NCBI GenBank assembly: GCA_934096815.1 | Contig: CAKOMY010000004.1 | Location: 7,436-71,435 of the forward strand | Length of the DNA: 64,000 bases | Source of the DNA: an uncultured Bacilli bacterium | GTDB lineage: Bacteria > Bacillota_I > Bacilli_A > RF39 > UBA660 | Direction: 5' to 3' | Shown here: positions 30,733 through 40,182 of the stretch, one piece after another | Position numbering within the stretch: position 1 is the stretch's first letter | How the letters are laid out: each line of letters begins with the position of its first letter | Program-made: the position numbers and the translations under genes | Notes under the pieces: model-generated | Databases searched by the model: none | What the model saw: the letters and a program-made list of their open reading frames with translations, nothing else | Told to the model about the DNA's origin: nothing

Positions 30733-32161
30733 TTATAAAATAACTATTGGAATTGAGATGCATTGTGAGGTTTCTAAAACTAATAGTAAAGTATTTTCAA
30801 GTGCTAAGAATGGTTATTCTGATACTCCTAATATAAATGTTAGACCTGTTGATATGGCTTTTCCAGGAACTCTTCCTGTGGTAAATAAAAGATGTGTTGA
30901 AATGGGGCTTATGATGAGTAAGATTCTAAATTGTAAACAACCTGAATATTTATATTTTGAAAGAAAGAATTATTACTATCCTGATTTACCTAAAGGATAT
31001 CAAATAACACAAAATACGATACCTGCTCCAATTGGATATGATGGATTTATTGATATTGAAAGAGCAGACGGAAGTATTTTTAAAGTTGGAATTGATAATA
31101 TTCATTTAGAAGAAGATTCAGCTCAGATGACTCATGAAGAGAAGGCAAGTAAAATTAATTATAATAGAGCAGGAGTACCTCTTTTAGAACTTGTTACAAC
31201 ACCTTGCTTTCATGATGTAAACGATGTTATTACTTTCTTAGAATATATGAGAAGTATTTATCAATATACAGAAATATCTGATGCTGATTCTAAAAAAGGA
31301 CAAGTTAGATGTGATGTAAATATTTCTTTAAGTAATACGGATGAGCTTGGAACTAAAGTTGAGATTAAAAATGTTAATTCATTTAGTGGAGTTAGGGATG
31401 CTATAAATTATGAAGTTCAAAGACAACTTGATTTAATTAAGAATGGCGAACAAGATAAAATTGAACAAGAAACAAGAAGATTTGATGATGTAAGTTGTAC
31501 AACAATTAGGATGCGTTCTAAAGTTGATGCGATTGACTATAAATATTTTGTAGAGCCTAATATTCCTAAAATTAAAATAAATGAAGAATGGAAAGAAAAA
31601 ATATTTAAATCAATACCAGAACTTCCTTATGAACGTAAAAATAATTATATGACTGAATATAATTTATCTAGTTATGATGCAAATATATTAGTTAAAGAAA
31701 AGAAAATTGCTTTATACTTTGAAGAATGTATTAAATTAGGAATTGATGCTAAAATAGCAGCTAACTGGATTATTTCAACTATATTGGGATATATTTCTAA
31801 AGAAAATATTGAAATAGATGAATGTTTTGTAACGCCTAGTAGATTAAGTGTTATTATTAGCAATTTAAGTGAAAATAAAATATCTTCTAAACAAGCTAAA
31901 GAATTATTTAATTTATGCTTAGATAGAAGAGAAGAACCTGATAAAATAATTACTGATGAAGGAATGGTTCAAATTTCTGATGATAGTGAATTAATTAAAA
32001 TTGTTGATAATATTTTAGCAAACAGTCAGAAACAAATAGAAGATTATCATAATGGGAAAACAAATTTATTTGGATTCTTTGTTGGACAAGTTATGAAAGA
32101 AACTAAAGGAAAAGCAAATCCGGTTAAAGTTAATGAAATATTAAAAGATAAATTAAAATAA
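30725..32161 (+). CDS. gatB: Asp/Glu-tRNA amidotransferase subunit B
   Basis: 478 aa. GatB N-terminal catalytic domain (IGIEMHCEV...) and C-terminal YqeY-like tail. Confidence 0.9.
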   Translation: MNDYKITIGIEMHCEVSKTNSKVFSSAKNGYSDTPNINVRPVDMAFPGTLPVVNKRCVEMGLMMSKILNCKQPEYLYFERKNYYYPDLPKGYQITQNTIPAPIGYDGFIDIERADGSIFKVGIDNIHLEEDSAQMTHEEKASKINYNRAGVPLLELVTTPCFHDVNDVITFLEYMRSIYQYTEISDADSKKGQVRCDVNISLSNTDELGTKVEIKNVNSFSGVRDAINYEVQRQLDLIKNGEQDKIEQETRRFDDVSCTTIRMRSKVDAIDYKYFVEPNIPKIKINEEWKEKIFKSIPELPYERKNNYMTEYNLSSYDANILVKEKKIALYFEECIKLGIDAKIAANWIISTILGYISKENIEIDECFVTPSRLSVIISNLSENKISSKQAKELFNLCLDRREEPDKIITDEGMVQISDDSELIKIVDNILANSQKQIEDYHNGKTNLFGFFVGQVMKETKGKANPVKVNEILKDKLK

Positions 32162-32162
32162 A

Positions 32163-32200
32163 AATTATAGACTCACGATCTATAATTTTTTATAGTGATA
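32163..32200. terminator. bidirectional rho-independent terminator between gatB (+) and the 32190..32843 gene (-)
   Basis: AATTATAGA-ctcacga-TCTATAATT hairpin flanked by T-runs on both strands. Confidence 0.55.
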
Positions 32201-32843
32201 AAGTTTTTATTTTTGCATCTTTAACTGATTTAATTTTTTCATGAATTTCATCTATTGATTGAGGAATTAAGATATCTCTGATATCAGCACCATCATATGA
32301 TTCAAATTGTTTTTCAAAATTATAAGCTGGTGTAATTAAATCTCTTCCAATAAATAATCCGATTGCATCTTTATATTCATAATGTTCTGTACAATAATAT
32401 GGATCACGATGATATATTTTATCTTCGTATCTTTTTACATTGCAATCTAAAAAACGTATAAATTTATAACTTATGTCTATGTCATATAAGTTATTATTCC
32501 AAATTGGGTGGTAAGAATGAATCTTTAATAATGTATGATCGTTAATTAGAAAGATCATGTCTTTAGCATCTTTTAAAACATTATGTTCTGCTTCAGTTAA
32601 ATACAGTAATTCATTTTTAGTAAAACCTGAAAATAATTCTGCGATAGGTTTTTCATAACAATCCCAACTATGAGAATTTTCTTTGATGACTCTATTTGAT
32701 TTTTCTAAATCATATCTTGCTTTTAATAATAATTTGTTATAAGTATTATATGTAGATATTAATCGATATAGATCATAAAGTATATTTTCTTGTTCAATTC
32801 CTTTTTCAATTTCTAAATTTAAATTTGATAATGTGTTATTCAT
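32190..32843 (-). CDS. hypothetical protein (paralog pair member 1)
   Basis: 217 aa. Paralog of 32957..33607 (shared MNN...LYDLYRLISTYNTYNKLLL / MYKFISTYNVYKLLL and C-terminal ...KIK.VKDAKIKTLSL / ...KLKETRDIKVKTLKL). RBS AGGAGG. Confidence 0.5.
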   Translation of the reverse strand: MNNTLSNLNLEIEKGIEQENILYDLYRLISTYNTYNKLLLKARYDLEKSNRVIKENSHSWDCYEKPIAELFSGFTKNELLYLTEAEHNVLKDAKDMIFLINDHTLLKIHSYHPIWNNNLYDIDISYKFIRFLDCNVKRYEDKIYHRDPYYCTEHYEYKDAIGLFIGRDLITPAYNFEKQFESYDGADIRDILIPQSIDEIHEKIKSVKDAKIKTLSL

Positions 32844-32917
32844 ATATTTCCTCCTATTATTATTATCTTTTTAAATCTTCTCTTGACATTATTAATATAT
32901 CATGCTTAAACTGTTAG

Positions 32918-32940
32918 TACACTCTATGATGTGTAGAGTG
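32918..32940. promoter_or_regulatory. palindromic operator upstream of 32190..32843
   Basis: TACACTCTA-tgatgtg-TAGAGTG is a 7-bp inverted repeat with a 7-bp spacer. It is identical to the site at 33655..33676 upstream of the paralog. Confidence 0.55.
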
Positions 32941-32956
32941 ATGTTTTTTTATTAAT

Positions 32957-33607
32957 TTATAATTTTAACGTTTTAACTTTAATATCTCTTGTTTCTTTTA
33001 ATTTTTTACTAATATCATCTATTGATTGAATTTTTAAAATATCATTAATATCAATATTATTATAATACGGTAGTTTATCGTCTAATTCATATCCTGGTGT
33101 TATTATTATTTCATTATTATATAAATAATCCCACGGAGCAAATGTATTTATAATTTCATCGACATTGTTGAATACATAATAACGTGGGCTTTCATTGATG
33201 GATTGATATTCAATATTTGTTGCTTTGTTATTGTTAATTTTTATAATTTCATATTCTAAATCAATAACTTCTTTATAAATAGAAAAATTATGTTTAAAAG
33301 GATAAATTACTAAAAGGGTGTTACTATCTATTAAGAAAGATATAATTTTCTTAATAGAATTTGATGAATTCAAATATAATAATTCGTTATCCTTAAATAA
33401 TGAAAGTAATTCATAAACTTGTTTTTGATAACATTCTGGAGGGTAAAATTCAGTGTCTGGATAAAATAGATGAAAATTATATTCTTTATTTTTACAATGT
33501 GCTAATAAAAGTTTATACACATTATAAGTTGATATAAATTTATACATTTCTTTAATTTGTTCTACTTCTTTTACTCCTTCTAATAGTTCTAATTCTATAT
33601 TATTCAT
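32957..33607 (-). CDS. hypothetical protein (paralog pair member 2)
   Basis: 216 aa. RBS AGGAGG. Paralog of 32190..32843. Confidence 0.5.
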   Translation of the reverse strand: MNNIELELLEGVKEVEQIKEMYKFISTYNVYKLLLAHCKNKEYNFHLFYPDTEFYPPECYQKQVYELLSLFKDNELLYLNSSNSIKKIISFLIDSNTLLVIYPFKHNFSIYKEVIDLEYEIIKINNNKATNIEYQSINESPRYYVFNNVDEIINTFAPWDYLYNNEIIITPGYELDDKLPYYNNIDINDILKIQSIDDISKKLKETRDIKVKTLKL

Positions 33608-33654
33608 TATAAATGCCTCCTATGTAATTAAATGGTAACATAGTATGTTTAATT

Positions 33655-33676
33655 GTACACTCTATGATGTGTAGAG
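33655..33676. promoter_or_regulatory. palindromic operator upstream of 32957..33607
   Basis: The same TACACTCTAtgatgtgTAGAGT site as at 32918. Confidence 0.55.
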
Positions 33677-33813
33677 TTTGTAATTATTTATATAAACGCT
33701 GTGCAGTAGATTGTTAGTGATGTGGGTATTTATACCAACATAGACAAAAATCATTGCAAAAATAAGTTTTTTTGTATATAATAACTATTATATTTTTAGG
33801 AGGAAATATTATT

Positions 33814-34449
33814 ATGAATGAATATAAAGGAGATTTGAATTTTGTATTATTTTACCCAGTTAGTATATGCTTGATGGGGGAACAATTTAAATATTGTATT
33901 AAGGATAGTCTATCTTATCCATGTTTACTTGGTTTTATAACTGCTGAAAGTTTGGGATCCTACGAATTAAAATGTTTTGAAGTTATTACCGGTAGAAAAT
34001 TTGATATTATTGATATATATGATTTTGAAAATCCTTATTTTGTAGATGATATAAATACTTCTAAAGTTATGGAAAATCCAGCTTGTATATGCCGTTGGGT
34101 TAATAATTCATTAGAAAATTTACAATTAATTGAAAAATATATTGATGCTAAAGGAAATTTAAGTCAAAATGAAATAGCAAAATCTGATGATTTTTCTTAT
34201 AGATTAAACCGTTTGCTTTCTAATCGACCTATAAAATATTCTACAAATGATGACACATTAGGGTTCTATGATACATTAAAAAATTATGAAGCATCTAAAG
34301 ATTATTTACAAAAAATTGATATTGTAAATTTAAAAACAATTAAAGAAATTGAATATATTATGAGCGACAAAAATGAAAACTGTACTCTAACTGAAAAACA
34401 TGATATTATTTTTCGACTAAAAAATAAACTTCCTCATACAAAATTATAA
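33814..34449 (+). CDS. hypothetical protein
   Basis: 211 aa from the ATG at 33814, which follows AGGAGG. The longer ORF from 33772 lacks an RBS. No family recognised. Confidence 0.45.
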   Translation: MNEYKGDLNFVLFYPVSICLMGEQFKYCIKDSLSYPCLLGFITAESLGSYELKCFEVITGRKFDIIDIYDFENPYFVDDINTSKVMENPACICRWVNNSLENLQLIEKYIDAKGNLSQNEIAKSDDFSYRLNRLLSNRPIKYSTNDDTLGFYDTLKNYEASKDYLQKIDIVNLKTIKEIEYIMSDKNENCTLTEKHDIIFRLKNKLPHTKL

Positions 34450-34645
34450 AAAATAAATAATAAAAAAATTATACATAAAAGTGGATTTATTATTGCCCCG
34501 ATTGTAAATATACAAATATTGGTTTAAATTTGCTAAACTTGTTTAATGAATAGAATTTATCAAAAAAATTAAAGTAGGAAACTATTTTGATTTTTTTTAT
34601 TTTATTTTTATGTTATACTTTTTATAGAATAGAAGGTAGATTAAA

Positions 34646-36409
34646 GTGTTTGGAAAAATTAAATTTATAAGTGATAATATTGTTATTGTTGCAATTAATA
34701 AAGATGCAGGTGTAATTCAAAATTTAATGAATTTACATGTTGTGTTTGAAAATGATAGTACTAAACTTTTAGGTGAGGTAAAAAATATAGATGAAGAATC
34801 TATTAAAATTGAATTACTTGGTGAATTTGTTGGAACTAGGTTTATTGCTGGTACAATAAAAAAACCAACTTTAAATAGTACAATAAGAGTAATTAATAAT
34901 GAAGAATTAGATATTATTATGGGTAAAGAAGATGAAAAGAGTTTATATATTGGTAAGAGTCCCATATATGAAAATCGTAAGATATATGCTGGTATAAATG
35001 ATTTATTTTCTAACCATATGGCTATATTTGGTAACTCTGGATCTGGTAAATCATGTTCAGTATCAAGAATAATCCAAAATATATTTTTAAATCCAAAAAT
35101 TTTAACTTATAATGCGAATTTGTTTATCTTTGATGCTTATGGAGAATATAAAAATGCGTTTAAAAATATTAATCAAATAAATCCAAATTATCAATATAAG
35201 TTTATTACGACTAATCCTGCTGAACAGGGTGATGAATTACTACAAATTCCTGTTTATTTACTTTCTAATGATGATTTAGCGTTACTTTTAAATGCTGAAA
35301 ATCACAGTCAATTAACAATTATAGAAAGAGCTAGTAAACTTGCTAAAATATTTAGTGAAAATAATGATAATGTTAATAAACTTAAAAATCATTTAATTGC
35401 ATCAGCTATCCAAAGTGTATTATTTTCTAATCAAAATGCTGCTGGCAAAAAGAATGATATATTCCAAATATTAGCTTCTTGTTCTACTAATGAATTTAAT
35501 GTTAATGCGGAACTTAAAGGAATTGGTTATACAAGAAGGTTTGCAAATTGTTTTCAAATTGATAATAAAGGTGAATTTGGTGAAAGTGTATTAATTAATG
35601 AATATTTAGCTAATTTTATTAAGCCCGATTTAGAGAGTCAAATTGAGGTTAATGATAATGCCTTTTATAATTTAAAAGATTTTGCTAAAGCATTAGATTT
35701 TGCTTTAATAGGTGAAGGATTCTTAAACAATAGAATTATGCAAGATTCAGCAATAATTTTAAAGGTAAGATTAAATTCAATTATAAATAGTAAAAATGGT
35801 AAATATTTTGAATTTGATAAATATATATCACTAGAACAATATATTTCTAAATTAATTGTTTTAAATTCAAGAAGAAGTCAAATTATTAATATTAATTTAG
35901 AAGATATAGATGATGCTCTTGCTAAAGTTATAGTTAAAATTATTTCTAAAATGATTTTTGATTTTGCTAAGAAGAGAAAAGTTAGAGCTTCTATACCGTT
36001 CCATTTGATATTAGAAGAAGCACATAGATATGTTCAAAACGATAATGATAAGTTCTTATTAGGATATAATATATTTGAAAGAATTGCTAAAGAAGGACGT
36101 AAATATGGAGTTATTATTGATTTAATTAGTCAAAGACCTGTTGATATATCTGAAACAGTTGTTGCTCAGATGAGTAATTTCTTAGTTCTTAAAATGACAC
36201 ATCCTAAGGATTTAGAATATATTGAAAAGATGCTTCCTAATGTATCTAGCGATATAATTGAAAAACTTAATTCGTTACAAGCTGGTACTTTAGTATCATT
36301 TGGTAATGCGTTTAAAATACCATTATTAATTAAAATGGATTTACCTGATCCACTTCCATATTCAGCTAACTGCGATGTACTTGAAAGATGGAAAGCAAGT
36401 GGAAATTAA
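34646..36409 (+). CDS. HerA-like ATPase/helicase (HAS-barrel + FtsK/HerA P-loop, DUF87-type)
   Basis: 587 aa. N-terminal beta-barrel region, Walker A AIFGNSGSGKSCSVSRII, Walker B/helicase-II-like HLILEEAHRYV, and a C-terminal KEGRKYGVIIDLISQRP arginine-finger region characteristic of HerA. Confidence 0.7.
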   Translation: MFGKIKFISDNIVIVAINKDAGVIQNLMNLHVVFENDSTKLLGEVKNIDEESIKIELLGEFVGTRFIAGTIKKPTLNSTIRVINNEELDIIMGKEDEKSLYIGKSPIYENRKIYAGINDLFSNHMAIFGNSGSGKSCSVSRIIQNIFLNPKILTYNANLFIFDAYGEYKNAFKNINQINPNYQYKFITTNPAEQGDELLQIPVYLLSNDDLALLLNAENHSQLTIIERASKLAKIFSENNDNVNKLKNHLIASAIQSVLFSNQNAAGKKNDIFQILASCSTNEFNVNAELKGIGYTRRFANCFQIDNKGEFGESVLINEYLANFIKPDLESQIEVNDNAFYNLKDFAKALDFALIGEGFLNNRIMQDSAIILKVRLNSIINSKNGKYFEFDKYISLEQYISKLIVLNSRRSQIININLEDIDDALAKVIVKIISKMIFDFAKKRKVRASIPFHLILEEAHRYVQNDNDKFLLGYNIFERIAKEGRKYGVIIDLISQRPVDISETVVAQMSNFLVLKMTHPKDLEYIEKMLPNVSSDIIEKLNSLQAGTLVSFGNAFKIPLLIKMDLPDPLPYSANCDVLERWKASGN

Positions 36410-36648
36410 TATATAAATTGATTTATCTCTTTTTTAGTACATTTATATCATTGTTTTTTAATCAATTTAAATATATAATATTTTTAATGAATGGATTGAT
36501 AATATGATAGAAAAATCTAAAATTTGTACTTTAAGCATAGAAGAATTAGAAGATATGAAAAAAGCGGAAGTAGAAAATCAAATTGAATTGTACAATAAAG
36601 CGGAAGAAGAGATTATATTTCGATAAATTTTATATTAGGAGGATTGTT

Positions 36649-37185
36649 ATGGAAGAAAAAATTGACGTTTTAAATGAATTAGGAGAATTTACGGGAGAAG
36701 TTGCTACTAGAGATGAATGTCATAAAAAAGGACTATGGCATAGAGCCGTATATGCTTTTATTATAGATGATAAAGGAAACATATTATTGCAAAAAAGGAG
36801 CAACAATAAAAAGTTATGGCCTAATATGTGGGATGTAACTGTTGGAGGACATGTTGATGCAGGGGAATTTGGAAGACAAGCGCTAATAAGAGAAGTAAAA
36901 GAAGAACTAGGGATTTCAATTAATGATGATGATATTAAATATCTAGTTGGTTCTACATCAATAAATGAACAAGGAAATATTATAAATAAACACTATAATG
37001 AATGTTATTTAATTACAAAAAATATTGATATTTCAGATATAAAGATACAAAAAGAAGAAGTATCAGAGGTAAGATATTTTTCAAAAGATGAATTATTAAA
37101 AAGAATTTCAAATAATTATGAAGATTTGGCAGAAAAAACAGGACCATGGAATTTTCTAAAGAAAATCTTAGAGAAATATGTGTAA
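36649..37185 (+). CDS. NUDIX hydrolase
   Basis: NUDIX box GGHVDAGEFGRQALIREVKEELGI. Start taken at the ATG at 36649 after AGGAGG. An upstream 41-codon ORF (36504..36629) overlaps the extended frame. Confidence 0.75.
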   Translation: MEEKIDVLNELGEFTGEVATRDECHKKGLWHRAVYAFIIDDKGNILLQKRSNNKKLWPNMWDVTVGGHVDAGEFGRQALIREVKEELGISINDDDIKYLVGSTSINEQGNIINKHYNECYLITKNIDISDIKIQKEEVSEVRYFSKDELLKRISNNYEDLAEKTGPWNFLKKILEKYV

Positions 37186-37309
37186 TTAGGTAGATTTATT
37201 GATTTTTAAATAAAAATATGATAAAAAATTAAAAGCTTATAAAGCAGATTAAGTAGCAAAGGTCAGACTATTTAATAACTTAACTAAATAATTTTAGGAG
37301 GAATAACCT

Positions 37310-37864
37310 ATGTTCATAAAGAATAAGTTGGAGAGTATGAAGAAAATAAGCGAACTTAGCCTAAACAAATTTCCAGAGCAATTATTCAAAGCAGGTGAAC
37401 AAGAAAAAGTTAGAGAATTTTTAACGTGTTATCCTGCTCGATACTATGCAATTCGGGACAAATCAAAAGCATGTGGCATTTTTAAATTAAAAGTTGCCGC
37501 AAAAGATGTTTTGGCAGAGATAAATGATTACGATTTATTCACTATTAATGTGAGTTCAGCAAATTATATAGATAATCAATTGTTAGTGGGAGAAATACAA
37601 ATCTTATCAAATGGAGAAGTTTATGCAACATTGTCTGTAGATCCAACTGCATCTGTAAGAGATGCTTTGAGAAATCCTACATTCAATTTGAAAACAGACA
37701 TATTTGATAAAAAATTAAATAAAATCCCACACTTTGATTTAATTTATGAATACATCATAACTCATAATTTGCAAAATGTAATTGTTGAATTTGCTTTGTT
37801 TGACAAAAAAGTAGGCATAAGAAAAGAAAGAATTATAGTCTACGAATTAAGAACACATTATTAA
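37310..37864 (+). CDS. hypothetical protein
   Basis: 184-aa ORF with an AGGAGG RBS. No family recognised. Confidence 0.4.
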   Translation: MFIKNKLESMKKISELSLNKFPEQLFKAGEQEKVREFLTCYPARYYAIRDKSKACGIFKLKVAAKDVLAEINDYDLFTINVSSANYIDNQLLVGEIQILSNGEVYATLSVDPTASVRDALRNPTFNLKTDIFDKKLNKIPHFDLIYEYIITHNLQNVIVEFALFDKKVGIRKERIIVYELRTHY

Positions 37865-38223
37865 ATTCTGACCTAGGAGCATTTAGTTAAAAATGGATGC
37901 TTCTTTTTTATTTTTTAAAATTTTAAAATTATAAAACAAATAAAATAAATACACTCTTTTAGTATATTTTTCGCGATTTAGTGTAAATTGATTATAATCT
38001 AATTGTTAAATATAAAAACTTTTGATATAATTAAATTACCTAATAGATGTCGATTTACATAAAACCGACTATGTGTGATGTAAGGGAATCTAATTAAAGG
38101 ATGGTGTTGAATGCTAGCTCAAAGAGTTAGAATCCTAAAGTTCTTTATGTGATGCCCACCTGCGAGAATGCGGGATTTTATCACAATTGATGTCTAGTTA
38201 GGTTTTTATTTTGGAGGGATAAT

Positions 38224-38892
38224 ATGTTTGATAGATTAATAGCGTTATTTGGACAAGATCGCTTTACTAAGTTAGAAAAAGCAAGAGTGTTAGTTGTTGG
38301 ACTTGGTGGGGTAGGAGGATATGCGTTAGAGGCATTAGTTAGATCTGGTGTTAAAAACATAACTATTGTTGATGGGGATGTTGTTGAAGAATCTAATTTA
38401 AATAGACAGATTATTTCCAATAATAAAAATATTGGAATATCTAAATGTGAAGCAGCAGCTGAAAGAGCTTTGAGTATTAATAAAAACGCTAATATTTCAA
38501 TAATATATAAGTTTATAACTGAGGATAATTTTAATGATTTATTAGTTAATAAATATGATTATGTTATTGATGCTTGTGATGATGTTAAAGTTAAATTATT
38601 ACTTATGAAAAATGCTAATAAATATAAATTAGTTTCAAGTATGGGAACAGCAAACAAGACTGATCCATCTAAATTATCAATTACTACTCTTGATAAAACT
38701 AGTGGAGATCCACTTGCGAAAATATTAAGAAAGAAAGTTAAAGAAAATCGTATTAGAACTAAATTTAAAGTTGTTTCTTCTACTGAAGTTCCAACTAAGA
38801 ATAAAGACAAAGTGCTTGGCACTGTATGCTATATGCCAGGTGTTGCCGGATTATTATGTGCAAGTTATGTAATTAATGATATAACAAAATAA
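38224..38892 (+). CDS. ThiF/MoeB-family E1-like protein, TcdA-type (tRNA threonylcarbamoyladenosine dehydratase-like)
   Basis: 222 aa. Rossmann nucleotide loop VLVVGLGGVGGYALEALVRSGV...IVDGDVVEESNLNRQ. The short single-domain length fits TcdA/YrvM rather than ThiF or MoeB. Confidence 0.65.
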   Translation: MFDRLIALFGQDRFTKLEKARVLVVGLGGVGGYALEALVRSGVKNITIVDGDVVEESNLNRQIISNNKNIGISKCEAAAERALSINKNANISIIYKFITEDNFNDLLVNKYDYVIDACDDVKVKLLLMKNANKYKLVSSMGTANKTDPSKLSITTLDKTSGDPLAKILRKKVKENRIRTKFKVVSSTEVPTKNKDKVLGTVCYMPGVAGLLCASYVINDITK

Positions 38893-38928
38893 AAATATTA
38901 GATTTATCGTCTAATATTTTATTATGGG

Positions 38929-40134
38929 TTATTGTTTTTTCTTTTCGTTATCTATTTTATTAAGATTGTTTTCGTAAGCATTATTTTTAGGATAGTAGAA
39001 TTTTTCGTTTTTAATATTGTCGGGTAAGTATTGTTGCTTAACCCAGCTATTTTTATAATTATGAGGATATAAATAATCCTTACTATTGGTATGAATATGT
39101 TTAGGAACATTTCCACAGTTTTTAGTTCTAATTGTAGTTAATGCTTTATCAATTGCTAGATAAGCACTATTACTTTTAGGAGATAAAGCCATTTCAATTA
39201 CTATTTCAGATAATGGAATAATACATTCAGGAAAGCCAACTCTGGTTGCAGCATTAATAGCAGCATCTAATTTTGGACCAATAGATGGATTTGCTAAACC
39301 GATATCTTCATAAGCAATTACTGATAATCTTCGAAAAATTATATCTAAATCTTGTGCTTCTAATAGTACACCTAAATAATAAACTGCCGCATCAACGTCA
39401 CTACCTCTAATTGATTTTTGTAAGGCACTTATTGAGTTATAATAATTATCGTCGTTTTTATCAATATATATTATTGGTTTAGCGTTAATACTTTTTAAAA
39501 CATCTTCAGTTATGATATGATTTGTTGAACTATAATAAGCCATTTCTAGTAAATTTAAAGCACTTCTAACGTCTCCATTTGAAGAAGATGAAATAATATT
39601 TAGACAATTGTCATCGATTTGAATACCTTCTAAATTGTCTTTAGCTTTAATAAGAATTTTAACGATATCTTCAGGTTTAAGAGATTTTACCTCAAAGATT
39701 TGACATCTTGATCTTATAGCTGGATTAATACTATGATAAGGATTTGATGTTGTTAAACCTATCATAATAATTTTACCATTTTCTAAGTAAGGAAGAAGAA
39801 TATCTTGTTTATCTTTGTTCATTCTATGAATTTCATCTATTATAAGAATCATTTGACCATTCATTTTAGCTTCTTCGATTACGATATCAAAGTCTGTTTT
39901 TTTATTCATTACAGCGTTTAACATACGATATGGCATATTTAATTCATTAACTAAGGCATTTGCGATACTGGTTTTACCACAACCGGGATTACCATAAAAT
40001 ATCATAGAAAATAATTTTTTATTTTTTACTAGATTAGTTAGAATTTTTCCTTCACCTATAAGATGATTTTGCCCATATATATCATTTAATTTAATTGGTC
40101 TAATATTATTTGCTAATAGTTCCATAACAGTCAT
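38929..40134 (-). CDS. rarA: replication-associated recombination protein A (AAA+ ATPase)
   Basis: 401 aa. Walker A GNPGCGKTS, Walker B ILIIDEIHR, and MgsA/RarA C-terminal domains. Confidence 0.8.
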   Translation of the reverse strand: MTVMELLANNIRPIKLNDIYGQNHLIGEGKILTNLVKNKKLFSMIFYGNPGCGKTSIANALVNELNMPYRMLNAVMNKKTDFDIVIEEAKMNGQMILIIDEIHRMNKDKQDILLPYLENGKIIMIGLTTSNPYHSINPAIRSRCQIFEVKSLKPEDIVKILIKAKDNLEGIQIDDNCLNIISSSSNGDVRSALNLLEMAYYSSTNHIITEDVLKSINAKPIIYIDKNDDNYYNSISALQKSIRGSDVDAAVYYLGVLLEAQDLDIIFRRLSVIAYEDIGLANPSIGPKLDAAINAATRVGFPECIIPLSEIVIEMALSPKSNSAYLAIDKALTTIRTKNCGNVPKHIHTNSKDYLYPHNYKNSWVKQQYLPDNIKNEKFYYPKNNAYENNLNKIDNEKKKQ

Positions 40135-40182
40135 TCCTTTGCCTTTATATTATATATTAAATTTGCTTATTTTTAAAGATAT

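Noticed and set aside
31672-31863. Minus-strand 63-aa ORF inside gatB
   Set aside because: Antisense shadow.
32884-32910. Strong plus-strand promoter-like TTGACA...TATATCAT between the paralog genes
   Set aside because: No plus-strand gene follows it. The flanking genes are on the minus strand. It is more likely a coincidental AT-rich match or part of the regulator-binding region, and is not annotated as a promoter.
34717-34965. Minus-strand 82-aa ORF inside the HerA-like gene
   Set aside because: Antisense shadow. Low-complexity Ser/Leu/Ile translation.
38181-38822. Minus-strand ORFs (79 and 87 aa) overlapping the tcdA-like gene and its leader
   Set aside because: Pro/Thr/Ser-rich antisense translations of a confident CDS. 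No RBS.
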